Virus record (IMG/VR): IMGVR_UViG_3300012996_000001 | Coordinates: 64,001 to 128,000 of that record | Length of the DNA: 64,000 nt | Strand: one strand, 5' to 3' | Source: a virus | Taxonomy: Duplodnaviria > Heunggongvirae > Uroviricota > Caudoviricetes | Shown: positions 44,196-53,972 of the stretch, piece by piece | How the letters are laid out: each line of letters starts with the position of its first letter | How positions within the stretch are numbered: position 1 is the stretch's first letter | The notes under the pieces: generated by a model | The model's input: only the letters and a program-made list of their open reading frames with translations | Told to the model about the DNA's origin: nothing | Databases searched by the model: none | Program-made: the position numbers and the translations under genes

Positions 44196-44903
44196 ATGGT
44201 CAATCGTTTAAAAATCGACGCTAGAGGTTTTACTCTTGAAAAAGACGACAATGGATACTTGGTTAGATTTGATGATTACAAAGAGCTAGAACAAAGACTC
44301 AAAGGAGTATCTTCACTCTGCGAAAAGGCTATGTCCAACGAGGTGGAGTGGGAAAAGGAGATGGCAAATGCCACAGGTAAATACAGCCCTGCAAGTGTGG
44401 CCAAGGAAATCGAAGATCTTAAGATGGCCCACTACGCATTACAACAGAAGTTGGACGCGATGGCGGCGGAGAATGTGGCACTGAAAATCATTGTTGAATG
44501 CATCAATTCAGAGTTGTACGGGAAGGGCTTTGCGGTGGCAGGGTGGCATCTTAATGGGGCTCTTGAACCACTGGACAATTGGTTTACAGATAACGCATGG
44601 GGGTTGCCTGAAACACCAACCACCGACGCTTACCTGAACTCGGTGCGAGCGGAAGGCGTGGAGATGTACGCAAGCCACTTCAATGTCAACCACAGCATTG
44701 TAAGTGCGATGGTTAAATCTACAGCTACAGAATTCGCCGAGCAACTCCGCTCTGGAACCCATGACGCTGCGGGCACAGGGGCAGATTTAGAATACTACGA
44801 AAAAGATGAGGGTCCATTGACGGACGAACAAGTAACAGCATTTCGTATGTGTTCCTCCGCGAGCGGAAAACCAACTGGAAGATTCAATAAAAATCTTTTG
44901 TAG
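44196..44903 (+). CDS. Ead/Ea22-like lambdoid accessory protein
   Basis: LDAMAAENVALK...ETPTTDAYLNSVRAEGVEM. Confidence 0.65.
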   Translation: MVNRLKIDARGFTLEKDDNGYLVRFDDYKELEQRLKGVSSLCEKAMSNEVEWEKEMANATGKYSPASVAKEIEDLKMAHYALQQKLDAMAAENVALKIIVECINSELYGKGFAVAGWHLNGALEPLDNWFTDNAWGLPETPTTDAYLNSVRAEGVEMYASHFNVNHSIVSAMVKSTATEFAEQLRSGTHDAAGTGADLEYYEKDEGPLTDEQVTAFRMCSSASGKPTGRFNKNLL

Positions 44904-44908
44904 TAATA

Positions 44909-44936
44909 TTGCAATTTAGATAAACTGTGGTAACCT
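44909..44936 (+). promoter_or_regulatory. sigma70-like extended -10 promoter
   Basis: TTGCAA-16-TAACCT with TGn immediately upstream of the -10. Confidence 0.5.
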
Positions 44937-44987
44937 GTTGTACTGGCCCCGCCGTCGGGGCTTTGTTTAAAACCGAAGGAGAAGTGA

Positions 44988-46211
44988 ATGTCTGAAGTTC
45001 AATCTGTGATTAGCTCTGTGTATGATGCACTTAACGATGTCAACGCACATGTGGCTGTCGGTACTATTGAGCGTATCAACATCAAGCGTATCAATGAAGA
45101 TGGTAGCCCCAAAGTGACCAACATCACCAAGGGGCCTAACGCGGGTAAATCAATCGTTGCAACCCACCGTGCATCTATCCTGCTCAAAAATGGTGAAGAC
45201 CAGGCTTGGGTTAGTTTCGGTACTCACGAAGTTAAGAACCTGAAGTACGAAAACCAGTACCAGATCAAGGTCGATGATAAGTGGACCGACCTTAAGGAAG
45301 GTATGGTCATCCGCGTACCTGTACAGATCCGTACCTGGAAAGACAGCGAAGGTAATGAGCGTTCTGGGGCAGAAGGTAAGAAAGCCAAGATCAAGATCAC
45401 CGATGCATCCGGTGCTCGTGATTCTCGTCCGGCTAACAACACAGGAGGCTCTCAGACGAATTCTGCGGCCTCTAACGCGTCGGGTGGTAAAACCACTAAG
45501 GTTTACGGAGATATCGTCTCTGTGAGCGGCTCAGACGTCGTAGTGAAGACTGAGAGTGGTGAGGTTACTGTTAAGTTGTCTGCCGACCAGTTGAAAGAGA
45601 TTGTTTCTGGCGGTCGTCTTGCCGGACAACGCGCTGAGGATGGTACACTGACAGGCTTTAAGGCTTATGGTCCGAAAGGTTCTGGCAGCGCTTCCAACTC
45701 AGGGGCTTCTACGGGTCGTAAGAAGGATAACTCCGGCGTTGAGATCGGCCATGCAGTTAACGGTGCCCTGAATCTTCGTCGTAGCGGCTTGGTTATTCCT
45801 GCCACGGGAGAGGTTGCTAAGGTTGTCCACGATGCAACCAAATCTCTGAAAGAAGAGGCAGGAAAGGATAGCGCCAACAAAGGTATGTCGGAATACGATC
45901 TGGGTGCTATGGTCGGTCATGCGATCCTGAATGCAACCCGTGACATCGAAGTGGGAGAAAATGACAGCCCTCAAGAGATTACGGACAAACTGCTGACTTA
46001 TGCTCGTACCCTGCTGAATGAGGTAGTTCCTCAGGTAAGTGCTTACGTTAAGGGAGAGACTACCACGGTGGCTGCTACTCCTGCCAACAATGAGCCTGAC
46101 CTGTCTCAGAAAAATGCAGAAGAAGCTGGTGATCACGGTAATCAAATTGCCAACGGTCATTACGATATGTCACCTGATGACATGGACTTCGATGACGACA
46201 TTCCTTTCTAA
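44988..46211 (+). CDS. putative ssDNA-binding protein (OB-like segments; SSB-type C-terminus)
   Basis: Beta-rich segments, G/S linkers, ends MDFDDDIPF. Confidence 0.6.
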   Translation: MSEVQSVISSVYDALNDVNAHVAVGTIERINIKRINEDGSPKVTNITKGPNAGKSIVATHRASILLKNGEDQAWVSFGTHEVKNLKYENQYQIKVDDKWTDLKEGMVIRVPVQIRTWKDSEGNERSGAEGKKAKIKITDASGARDSRPANNTGGSQTNSAASNASGGKTTKVYGDIVSVSGSDVVVKTESGEVTVKLSADQLKEIVSGGRLAGQRAEDGTLTGFKAYGPKGSGSASNSGASTGRKKDNSGVEIGHAVNGALNLRRSGLVIPATGEVAKVVHDATKSLKEEAGKDSANKGMSEYDLGAMVGHAILNATRDIEVGENDSPQEITDKLLTYARTLLNEVVPQVSAYVKGETTTVAATPANNEPDLSQKNAEEAGDHGNQIANGHYDMSPDDMDFDDDIPF

Positions 46212-46226
46212 TTCAATAAGTTAGGT

Positions 46227-46261
46227 AAAAATAAAGGCACCCGATTGGGTGCCTTTTCTTT
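46227..46261. terminator. bidirectional terminator at the convergence of the two arms
   Basis: AAAAATAAAGGCACCC-GATT-GGGTGCCTTTTCTTT. Confidence 0.85.
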
Positions 46262-47441
46262 ATGCTGCTAATGGGGATGTTGCCAAGCGAGCCTGATAAA
46301 CAGGTCTGCCGTCTGAAACATAACCTGCAATAGGTTTTACGGTTGTACTTCCGTTAGATCCCCAGTACATTATTTCGGTATCATTGTAAGCAATGGCCCA
46401 GCCTTCTCCAAAACTCATTCCTTTCGCGTTAGCAATCTTAACACTCGCTCCGTCCATTTGTGTCCAAGGAGCAACTGTACCACTGCTCTGGTTAACACCC
46501 GTAATCTGTCCTGTGGCGCTACCGCAAGCATAAAACTTACCGCCTGTATAATAGAATAGATCGTAAGCATAGGTCGGATAGGTTCCTCCTGCTAAAGGTA
46601 TTCCGACATTTCGGAAAAGAGGCTCTGTTCCGTTTCCGGGTGTAAACCCATCAGGAACATCTGTCAGCGTGTTGCCTGGTGCAGCCGTCCCGGTAGGAAG
46701 TTGACCGATATTGAGACCTTTGGTACGATACTTGCCGTTGGAGTAACGAACTAACAGGGCTTGCCCACTGCTTGTTACCACGAAGTCGGATATGGTTCCC
46801 CCGTCAGCATTTGCTCCAAACATCTGTGTCAGGGTTCTGGGAGAACTTCCTGCACTGATTACGTTACGAGTGTCTTGACCACAGCCGTAAAGGAAACCAT
46901 CGCTTTTGAGGAGGACAACAATATTGCCTGATACAGAAATCTGTTGGACATCGGTTGTGTGGGCTCTCATCACACCAACTGCACCTGTAGACCCCGTGTT
47001 AGCCTGGCCTCCGCTATTTGTACCCATGTAATACAGTGAGTTATCTTTTTTCAAAACGAAGATGTTCTCAGTATCACAAACGATCTTACGGATATTGTCT
47101 CCGGATAAATCGCCAGCGGCTGACCACGTTGTTATAGGTTGCCAACTGTACTGGCCTGTGCCGGACGTAAGTTTAGGGTTTAATACGGTCCCGTCTGTTT
47201 TTACAGCATACAGGTTTTCTCGTACTGCGGCAATGTGACTGACGTTCTGTAGGACAAGCACCCACTGATTGTAGCGGTTGGTCGTATCTCCAACGCCTAG
47301 CTCTCCTATGCGGTTTTGTCCTGTAACATAGACATTCCCCTTGGAAGAAAGAAGCATCGTGTTGTTGGTCGCTACAGCCACTCTCTTGATGGTCTCTTTA
47401 GAAGAGGCAACAAAAGGGGGGATTAAAGGAAAAGGGAACAT
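46260..47441 (-). CDS. RCC1/BLIP-II-like beta-propeller protein, candidate tail-fibre tip adhesin
   Basis: LLSSKGNVYVTGQNRIGELGVG, VKTDGTV, LKKDNSLYYMGTNSGGQ, LKSDGFLYGCGQD. Confidence 0.7.
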   Translation of the reverse strand: MFPFPLIPPFVASSKETIKRVAVATNNTMLLSSKGNVYVTGQNRIGELGVGDTTNRYNQWVLVLQNVSHIAAVRENLYAVKTDGTVLNPKLTSGTGQYSWQPITTWSAAGDLSGDNIRKIVCDTENIFVLKKDNSLYYMGTNSGGQANTGSTGAVGVMRAHTTDVQQISVSGNIVVLLKSDGFLYGCGQDTRNVISAGSSPRTLTQMFGANADGGTISDFVVTSSGQALLVRYSNGKYRTKGLNIGQLPTGTAAPGNTLTDVPDGFTPGNGTEPLFRNVGIPLAGGTYPTYAYDLFYYTGGKFYACGSATGQITGVNQSSGTVAPWTQMDGASVKIANAKGMSFGEGWAIAYNDTEIMYWGSNGSTTVKPIAGYVSDGRPVYQARLATSPLAA

Positions 47442-47450
47442 TCTACCTCC

Positions 47451-47477
47451 AAAAGAAAAGCCGCCCGGAGGCGGCTA
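47451..47477 (-). terminator. intrinsic terminator
   Basis: Minus strand AGCCGCC-TCCG-GGCGGCT-TTTCTTTT. Confidence 0.75.
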
Positions 47478-47480
47478 TAA

Positions 47481-50400
47481 TTAACCCCGGCGAAGGATCG
47501 TGTAGTCAAACAGATTGCCTTTACCACGGTAGATGACTTGAATCAACGACAGTGAACTCGCCGCTGTGTTGACAGTATCACTACCGATCTTCAGGTAGGA
47601 GGCATCGAAAGTCACCGCGTGGCCGCCGACAGAATCCTGCTCGATATAGAAGTAATAAGTCCCGGCACCCGGTAAAGATGCGATAGGATTAATAACCGTA
47701 TCCGCAGTAACTGTGACGTTATAGATGGAGCGCAGACCATCTGGTGTCCAAGACCCAGAACTTACCGTAATGTCTGCACCCGGATCCGCAACGAAGAGGC
47801 TTGACTTCACCTGACTCGCTTGGAAGGTATTACCCTCTGCGAATGTCGTAGTCCCATTCACAACCAGGTTGTTGGCAGTCAACGTGCCTGTGGAGGTAAT
47901 ATCTACCCCGGAAATATCACCTGTTGCAGCAATGTCATCAGGTGTGATATCCTTGCCAGACAGATCAAGATTACCTGACATGGTTCCAGAAACACGCAGG
48001 TTACCGCCAACTTCCAAGTCCTTATCTACGCGGGCATTGCTCAGAGACTGCAACCCAAACTGAGAACTGGTCTGGTCAGCCTCCCCGAACAATCCGTTGG
48101 CACCTTTTACAGTGGCGGAGGCGGTCAGGTTCCGGGTTGTAATGTCTTCACTGGTCGCCAGGTTTTTCATTGAAATGTCTTTTGCAGACAAATCAACTTC
48201 ACCCGTGATGGTTCCAGATACATTCAGGTCGCCCTGAAGATCACTGTCCCCCTCTACCGTAAAGCGTTTGTTATCGCTGCCTGCGACACGTTTTACGCGA
48301 AGACTGTCCACTTGGGTTGAACCTGCAACAGTTTGCCCGGTAATGGTCACATTGTCAAATGTGGCATCTTCTGCCACAGTAAGAACCCCGAGATTGGTGT
48401 CGCCACTTACGTTCAAGCTGACTGCATTAACATCCCCGGAAGAGGTGATGCTTGCCGCCTCTACTGAAACGCTGGCAACAACTGACTTAGGTTTGATATC
48501 CTTACCTTCAATGCTCTCCGCTGTCCCAATGGTATTGCCGTTTTCGTCGGTCAACGCACCATTAACTTGCAGATCATTCACCGTCGCCTTACCTGCTGCC
48601 ATCAGGACGTCGCCGCCTGTTATAGCCAGCCCCGCATCCAAAGTGACTTTGTCCTTGAACTCCGATGTCTGCTCTACTTCCAGGGTCTTTGTCTTCACAT
48701 ACGTGGCAGACTGAACACTGTTCGGAAGGATATCCTTATTGGTTACATCAAAGGTATTGACAGGATTACCGTCGGCATCTAAGATATTACCTGTGACCTG
48801 AATATCCTTGGTCGTAATCTTATTGCTGTTTTCAATGGTCTCGGAAACCACATCTGCGAGAGTGGACTTTCCAGCGGTGGTCAGAGACTTGACAGTGACG
48901 TCGTTTTGGGAAAGATCCAGATCAAGACCAGTCAGGGTCCCGGTAAACTCCACATCGCCCAGCGTTGACTTACCTGTTACGGTAAGACCTCCGCCAACAG
49001 CTACGTCACCTGTAGTCTCTACAGTGGCCGGGGTGATATCTTTACCAGAGACGTCCGCAGTTACACCAGTTGTAGTCCCTGTGACCACCAAGTTGTTCAA
49101 CTTAGCTGTGCCGCTGGTTTGTGTCAGATCACCATCTACAGTGATCTCGTCAGACAGTAAGGATCCGGTATCGATACCTGTCGGTTTGAACTCACCTGTT
49201 AAAGCAAGGTCGCCGCCGATTGTTGCACCACCCGTTACCTGCAAAGAATCACCCTTGATGCTACCTGTGGCTTCCACAGTGGCAGGCTTGATATCTTCGC
49301 CAGTCACATCTCCCTTGACTCCCATCGTGTTACCAGTGACCACCAAGTCTTTAATGGTAGCTTGGTTGGTAATTTTCAGGGTATCGGCAACCAAATCAGA
49401 TCCGGACAGGTCAAGGTTAGCCGTGAGTTTACCCAAGACTTCCAGATCTTGTGTGGTGATTTTGCCCGTGGCCGTTGTAGTCCCGGATATTTGTAAATCA
49501 CCCGTGGCTGTGATACTCCCCGTAGTGACGTTACGAGGCTTGATGTCCTTGTTGTCGACAGAAATCGCAACACCTGTAACGGATCCGGTGACTTCCAGAT
49601 CGGTAACCTTGGTCTTACCTGTAACAGTAAGTTTTCCCACCAGGGCCGTGTCACCACCGACTTGGAGATCTTCTGTAATATTGGCACTGTTTGGCTTGAT
49701 ATCCAAACCATCCACATCTGCCTTTACACCCTCGATACCTTGGGTTATGCGTAGAGTCCCGATCTCTGCTATGCCGTCAACCAACAATTGAGGCTTGTCA
49801 GTTGAGTTCCGATTGTTACCTTCCAAGTGGAGATAGTCCCCACGGATATAACCATCGACGTTCAGAGAGTCCTCGGCGGTTGCCAAGTCCCCCACTTGGA
49901 CCTTGGTCAGGGTCGAGTCGTCAGCCGTCAGCTTCCCGGTTGCGACCTGATAAGGTTTAATGTTGGTGCGAGTAGAGACACCTGCGGGAGGGGCAGCATT
50001 TTGCTCAAAAGCTATCTCAGCCGTCTGACCGACAACACGGATCCGGCGGGCTGAGATTTCACTGGCGCTGGCGTCGATCTTTTCACTCTGGACAATGAAT
50101 TCACCATTCACGTAGGTGTTTTCAAGAACAGCATCGTTTGACACTGTGATGTTCTCAAAGTCACCCTTGTTGGCATTATCCACCTTTTCCACCAAGTCTT
50201 CAACTTCACGTTGAACCCAGGCAGTAGATGCGATAGTGTCTGTCTTATCACCCTTGGCAGCCAGAGGCACACGAGCGTTGCCCTTGAAGTTCGGAGAGGT
50301 GATAGGGGCGTAAATGTCAGAGATGTTTGTCTTATCAAGGAAGACGCGGAATTTGCCGTTGTTAATAGGGCTATCACCCATCACAACCGGAGTCGTCAGG

Positions 50401-50699
50401 GTAGCACCTGGCGCATACCACCAAGTCACGTTACCAGATACATCTGTGAAGCTGTAAAGCTGGTTAAACTCGGTGATTGAGGATCCGTTCTTCCAAGGTA
50501 AAGGCGGGGTCTTGAAGTACAGGTTGTCCAGTAAGGCTTTACGGACCGAAGGGATTAGGCTACCATCTTCTGTGATAGCCTGCTCTGTTCCTGTGCCGTT
50601 CACTACAGTATGCAGACGTTTAGCATCTGCAATGATCTGGTCAACTGCCTTGTCTGCATCGCTATCTAGCAACGCAATAATATCGGTATTGGATGACAC
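47481..50699 (-). CDS. long tail fibre (1072 aa) with about 10 degenerate repeats
   Basis: Thr/Gly/Val-rich; repeated D(V/L)xGKDI(K/T)P motif; position downstream of the baseplate genes. Confidence 0.8.
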   Translation of the reverse strand: MSSNTDIIALLDSDADKAVDQIIADAKRLHTVVNGTGTEQAITEDGSLIPSVRKALLDNLYFKTPPLPWKNGSSITEFNQLYSFTDVSGNVTWWYAPGATLTTPVVMGDSPINNGKFRVFLDKTNISDIYAPITSPNFKGNARVPLAAKGDKTDTIASTAWVQREVEDLVEKVDNANKGDFENITVSNDAVLENTYVNGEFIVQSEKIDASASEISARRIRVVGQTAEIAFEQNAAPPAGVSTRTNIKPYQVATGKLTADDSTLTKVQVGDLATAEDSLNVDGYIRGDYLHLEGNNRNSTDKPQLLVDGIAEIGTLRITQGIEGVKADVDGLDIKPNSANITEDLQVGGDTALVGKLTVTGKTKVTDLEVTGSVTGVAISVDNKDIKPRNVTTGSITATGDLQISGTTTATGKITTQDLEVLGKLTANLDLSGSDLVADTLKITNQATIKDLVVTGNTMGVKGDVTGEDIKPATVEATGSIKGDSLQVTGGATIGGDLALTGEFKPTGIDTGSLLSDEITVDGDLTQTSGTAKLNNLVVTGTTTGVTADVSGKDITPATVETTGDVAVGGGLTVTGKSTLGDVEFTGTLTGLDLDLSQNDVTVKSLTTAGKSTLADVVSETIENSNKITTKDIQVTGNILDADGNPVNTFDVTNKDILPNSVQSATYVKTKTLEVEQTSEFKDKVTLDAGLAITGGDVLMAAGKATVNDLQVNGALTDENGNTIGTAESIEGKDIKPKSVVASVSVEAASITSSGDVNAVSLNVSGDTNLGVLTVAEDATFDNVTITGQTVAGSTQVDSLRVKRVAGSDNKRFTVEGDSDLQGDLNVSGTITGEVDLSAKDISMKNLATSEDITTRNLTASATVKGANGLFGEADQTSSQFGLQSLSNARVDKDLEVGGNLRVSGTMSGNLDLSGKDITPDDIAATGDISGVDITSTGTLTANNLVVNGTTTFAEGNTFQASQVKSSLFVADPGADITVSSGSWTPDGLRSIYNVTVTADTVINPIASLPGAGTYYFYIEQDSVGGHAVTFDASYLKIGSDTVNTAASSLSLIQVIYRGKGNLFDYTILRRG

Positions 50700-50708
50700 A
50701 GGATCTCC

Positions 50709-50975
50709 TTATAAAGATTTAGGATCTGAAGGTGGTGGATCGTTGTTCTGCTTGGCTATTCCCCAACGCAAATTGATCAGGTCACTCAACAGATGTGGAG
50801 CGACTACAGTCGGGGCATAAACCCAGACGTACCACTCGGGAAGTGTGTTATTGAACCCGTACCAGAGGAAAACAGCGGTCATGGAAGCCATGCCGATGTT
50901 CGACCAGAACTTAGTATGAGAAACCTTGTCTGGTTCAATAGCTGAGGTAAGCAAGTCTTTGAAAAATTTTACCAT
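50709..50975 (-). CDS. small membrane protein, holin candidate
   Basis: KVSHTKFWSNIG plus two TM segments. Confidence 0.5.
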   Translation of the reverse strand: MVKFFKDLLTSAIEPDKVSHTKFWSNIGMASMTAVFLWYGFNNTLPEWYVWVYAPTVVAPHLLSDLINLRWGIAKQNNDPPPSDPKSL

Positions 50976-50999
50976 ATAACACCTTCATTATCAACGCGG

Positions 51000-51458
51000 T
51001 CACAGGAGGTGAGCCAAAATTAAAAGGGAAAGAACTGTCCCGGTTCTGTACCACTCATTCAGGGTATTATCCTTCCAGGAGTAAACGAAGATGAATGCCT
51101 CGATAAAATACCTGTGTGCGTCCTGTACTGCGAAGGAGTAAACATCCACGGAAAAATAGATTGGATATTGGATTGCGAATACTTGCAACAGCATGAATGG
51201 CAAGGCCAATGCTACCATCGCTATTTGCCGGACACCCTTGATAGAGCAACCCACGACAAAGAGAAGTATTGAATCCAATGCCCAAGCTGTTGTAAAGTAC
51301 AGCGTAATGTCGAAAGTCTGTGCATTTGAGAATAACCAGAGAATAAGGTTATCGAGGGCAAGATAGGCGAGGCATAACCCCGCCATAATCTTAGCACCGC
51401 AATCCTTGCGGGTAGCAAGGATCACGAAGCACATTGCATAAAAGATTGATACAAGCAT
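51000..51458 (-). CDS. polytopic membrane protein
   Basis: 4-5 hydrophobic segments. Confidence 0.65.
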   Translation of the reverse strand: MLVSIFYAMCFVILATRKDCGAKIMAGLCLAYLALDNLILWLFSNAQTFDITLYFTTAWALDSILLFVVGCSIKGVRQIAMVALALPFMLLQVFAIQYPIYFSVDVYSFAVQDAHRYFIEAFIFVYSWKDNTLNEWYRTGTVLSLLILAHLL

Positions 51459-51799
51459 TAGCGGGAGTTGTGACGAGAGTCTAACATTGCATTAAGGACT
51501 TGACGGATTTCCTTTTGGAGGGCATTGTTTTCCTCCTTGGCTTCCTTCCTCATCACTGTAATGTCACCACGGATATCGCCGATAGTATCGGTAACGTGCT
51601 TGATCTTACGGTCAAGTATAGCGTCGATACTGTCTTTGGTCACCATCTCACCACGCAACCGGATGATATCTTTTTCAAGTTCATCCTGGCGCTCTTGCAT
51701 CTTTTTGAAGTCAGAGTAGAAGATTTTGAGTGCCCCCAATAGCAGGAATGTCACTACCCCCCACAAAGACTTCAGAACGAGCATGATGTCCAGAGCCAT
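51458..51799 (-). CDS. N-terminal TM + coiled-coil protein (holin/antiholin-like topology)
   Basis: LWGVVTFLLLGALKIF followed by heptad-rich region. Confidence 0.6.
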   Translation of the reverse strand: MALDIMLVLKSLWGVVTFLLLGALKIFYSDFKKMQERQDELEKDIIRLRGEMVTKDSIDAILDRKIKHVTDTIGDIRGDITVMRKEAKEENNALQKEIRQVLNAMLDSRHNSR

Positions 51800-51834
51800 A
51801 CGTTCTCCTATGACCGGAAGATCCGGTCATTCAG

Positions 51835-52347
51835 TTATGCAGCGATGAAGGGTTTCCAGTCTACTTCGCTTGCGGGGGTGTCATCAGGGATCCGCATAAG
51901 TTGTACGCGGAGTTTACGGAGGGCAGCAAATTCCTTCTTCTCGTCTTCCGTTGCAATTTCCAAATCCACAGCGTCTTGCAGTGGAGTTATCTTAGCACTA
52001 ATCGCTTTTGCAAACTGGGATTTACGATAACTGGTCGGTATTGAGGGGTCAAAGTCTGTACTGGTTAACTTCTTTCCATCAAATAGCCAGATCGCATCGG
52101 TAAGCGAGAAATCTTTAGGTATTGTATTGATTTCAGCGATTGATGTTCCACCGGGGTGTAGCCTGTCCGCCATCTCGGTTGGCACAAGAGCCTTTACAAT
52201 ACCATGTGAGTTATATTGCACAACATACTTTTTACGGAAAGAAGTGTTGTTTTCGTACCAGTCACGCCCTTTGTCGTCACAGAAATACTGTACGTCACCA
52301 AAAGGCTTAACTTCCGGGTCATAGACCCGGATGTTGTTCATCTGCAT
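51835..52347 (-). CDS. tail fibre assembly chaperone (Tfa/Caudo_TAP)
   Basis: GRDWYE...W.FDGK...ITPLQDAVDLEIATEDEK...LRVQLMRI...DWKP. Confidence 0.85.
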   Translation of the reverse strand: MQMNNIRVYDPEVKPFGDVQYFCDDKGRDWYENNTSFRKKYVVQYNSHGIVKALVPTEMADRLHPGGTSIAEINTIPKDFSLTDAIWLFDGKKLTSTDFDPSIPTSYRKSQFAKAISAKITPLQDAVDLEIATEDEKKEFAALRKLRVQLMRIPDDTPASEVDWKPFIAA

Positions 52348-52351
52348 ATCA

Positions 52352-53962
52352 TTACCCCGAAATAATTACCCACTGGCCGTTGATTTTCTTCTGGATTGGT
52401 TTATAACCCAGACGCGCAGTTCCGTCCTCTGTGTACCAGTCACCACCAACGATAGTACAACCCGCCGGAACCTGATTATAACCATCATCAAAGTCTGAAA
52501 TGGTAATCACACCGAACTGGATGTCCTCAATGGTTTGTGCTACAACAGCAGGTACGATGGTCACTTGGCGGGTGTTGGAAACGCCGGACAGTGTGCCACG
52601 AACTGTGATTGTCACATCACCAGGAGAAACTCCTGTTACATAACCCGCTTCGTTCACCGTTGCGATCCCTGCGTTGTTTGTCAGAAATTGCAATGGCTCG
52701 TTAGCAGAGTCAGGGTTTTTGGTAACCTGTAGCTGTCGTGTCTGGTTTACTTCGAGGCTTCCCGGGTCAGCAATGCTGATGCTGGTCAACACAGAGTAGC
52801 TTGTCACACGAATCACGCTGTTCATCCCCGTGGAGATGGAAGCAATGATGTTTGTGTCGCCGGGACCAACGAGGGTAATATTACCAGATCCGTCCACAGT
52901 AGCAACAGCAGTATTCTGACTTGACCAACTAACAGGATACTGGCCTGCAAGAGAGGTTGGTAAAACGCTGGCCGTTGCACGAACACTGTAACCCACACGG
53001 TTAGTAATAGAATCCGGGGATACCACAATAGCTGTCGGTGAATTACTACCGGAAGACTGGGCCTTATCCGTCTTGATCACATACATGACCGCGACGTTTT
53101 TTGGTCGGGTTTCATTAGCGTAACGCGGATTATTCCAGACTGGGTTGACACCACCTGTACGGTTGCTATACTGACGACCCTCTGCCCCTCCCGGAGTGTT
53201 ACGCGTGTAACTTGCCGGAACGTTATCGAAAAGGATTGTCTCTGCACCTGCAAAGTGGCTATGCTCTTGGAACGCGTCGTTCTGGAAAGAACCTAAACCA
53301 CGACCTGAATCAGGATCGAAAGCGTTTGAACCATGTGCCCACCCACGAAGGAAAAGACCACGGTAATCAGGAACAACGTTACGGCCAAGGACATTATATA
53401 GTTTAGGGTTTTCACCCGTATTAAACACCTGACCATTACACTCTAACCATCCATCAGGAGGGCTTTGTCCCGGCCAAGGAATAACAGCACCAACAGGGAC
53501 CAAGAGAGGGGTCAAGTCATCGATACGTGTATTCAAATTAGAAACGGCAGCATCTACGTCTTGGCGTAGGCGGGTAACCTTTGTATCTACCGCCGCAATC
53601 TCTTTCCGAAGATCAACGACCTTCTGATCAACATACCGTTTGAGATCCGTGATGTCTTGCTTCAACCCTGCAATATCTTGACGGATAGAGTTGAGTTGGG
53701 TGTTTATACGTTCTTCCAGTTCATTGAGGAGACGGTTAATTTCAGTCTCTAACTCTGGGAACTTCTCGTTGACTATCCAGTCAATCCAGCCTGAAGACAT
53801 GTTCAGGATGTAGTTAAATTCTTCTGCCGCAGGCTTCTGGCCTTTATCATAACCCTTTGCTAAAAGGTCGTCAATTGGTTTAGACTTGTTCGGACGGCCT
53901 GTGCCTGGAAGATTTACGTCTTGGGAAGCCCACACATAAATCTTGCCCTTTGGTCTTGCCAT
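52352..53962 (-). CDS. tail fibre with collar domain, two Ig-like (Big_2) domains and a gp37/H-type C-terminus
   Basis: PVGAVIPWPG..PPDGWLECNG...PDYRGLFLRG, ETRPKNVAVMYVIK, VSWSSQNTAVATVD, NNAGIATVNEAG, YKPIQKKINGQW. Confidence 0.85.
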   Translation of the reverse strand: MARPKGKIYVWASQDVNLPGTGRPNKSKPIDDLLAKGYDKGQKPAAEEFNYILNMSSGWIDWIVNEKFPELETEINRLLNELEERINTQLNSIRQDIAGLKQDITDLKRYVDQKVVDLRKEIAAVDTKVTRLRQDVDAAVSNLNTRIDDLTPLLVPVGAVIPWPGQSPPDGWLECNGQVFNTGENPKLYNVLGRNVVPDYRGLFLRGWAHGSNAFDPDSGRGLGSFQNDAFQEHSHFAGAETILFDNVPASYTRNTPGGAEGRQYSNRTGGVNPVWNNPRYANETRPKNVAVMYVIKTDKAQSSGSNSPTAIVVSPDSITNRVGYSVRATASVLPTSLAGQYPVSWSSQNTAVATVDGSGNITLVGPGDTNIIASISTGMNSVIRVTSYSVLTSISIADPGSLEVNQTRQLQVTKNPDSANEPLQFLTNNAGIATVNEAGYVTGVSPGDVTITVRGTLSGVSNTRQVTIVPAVVAQTIEDIQFGVITISDFDDGYNQVPAGCTIVGGDWYTEDGTARLGYKPIQKKINGQWVIISG

Positions 53963-53972
53963 GAAAATCTCC

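Noticed and set aside
48808-49791. 327 aa + strand ORF
   Set aside because: Antisense to the repetitive fibre gene; its V/P/T/S bias mirrors the fibre's codon usage.
46260-53962. Invertible tail-fibre (Gin/Cin-type) system
   Set aside because: No inverted fibre cassette, gix-like sites or serine invertase in the window.
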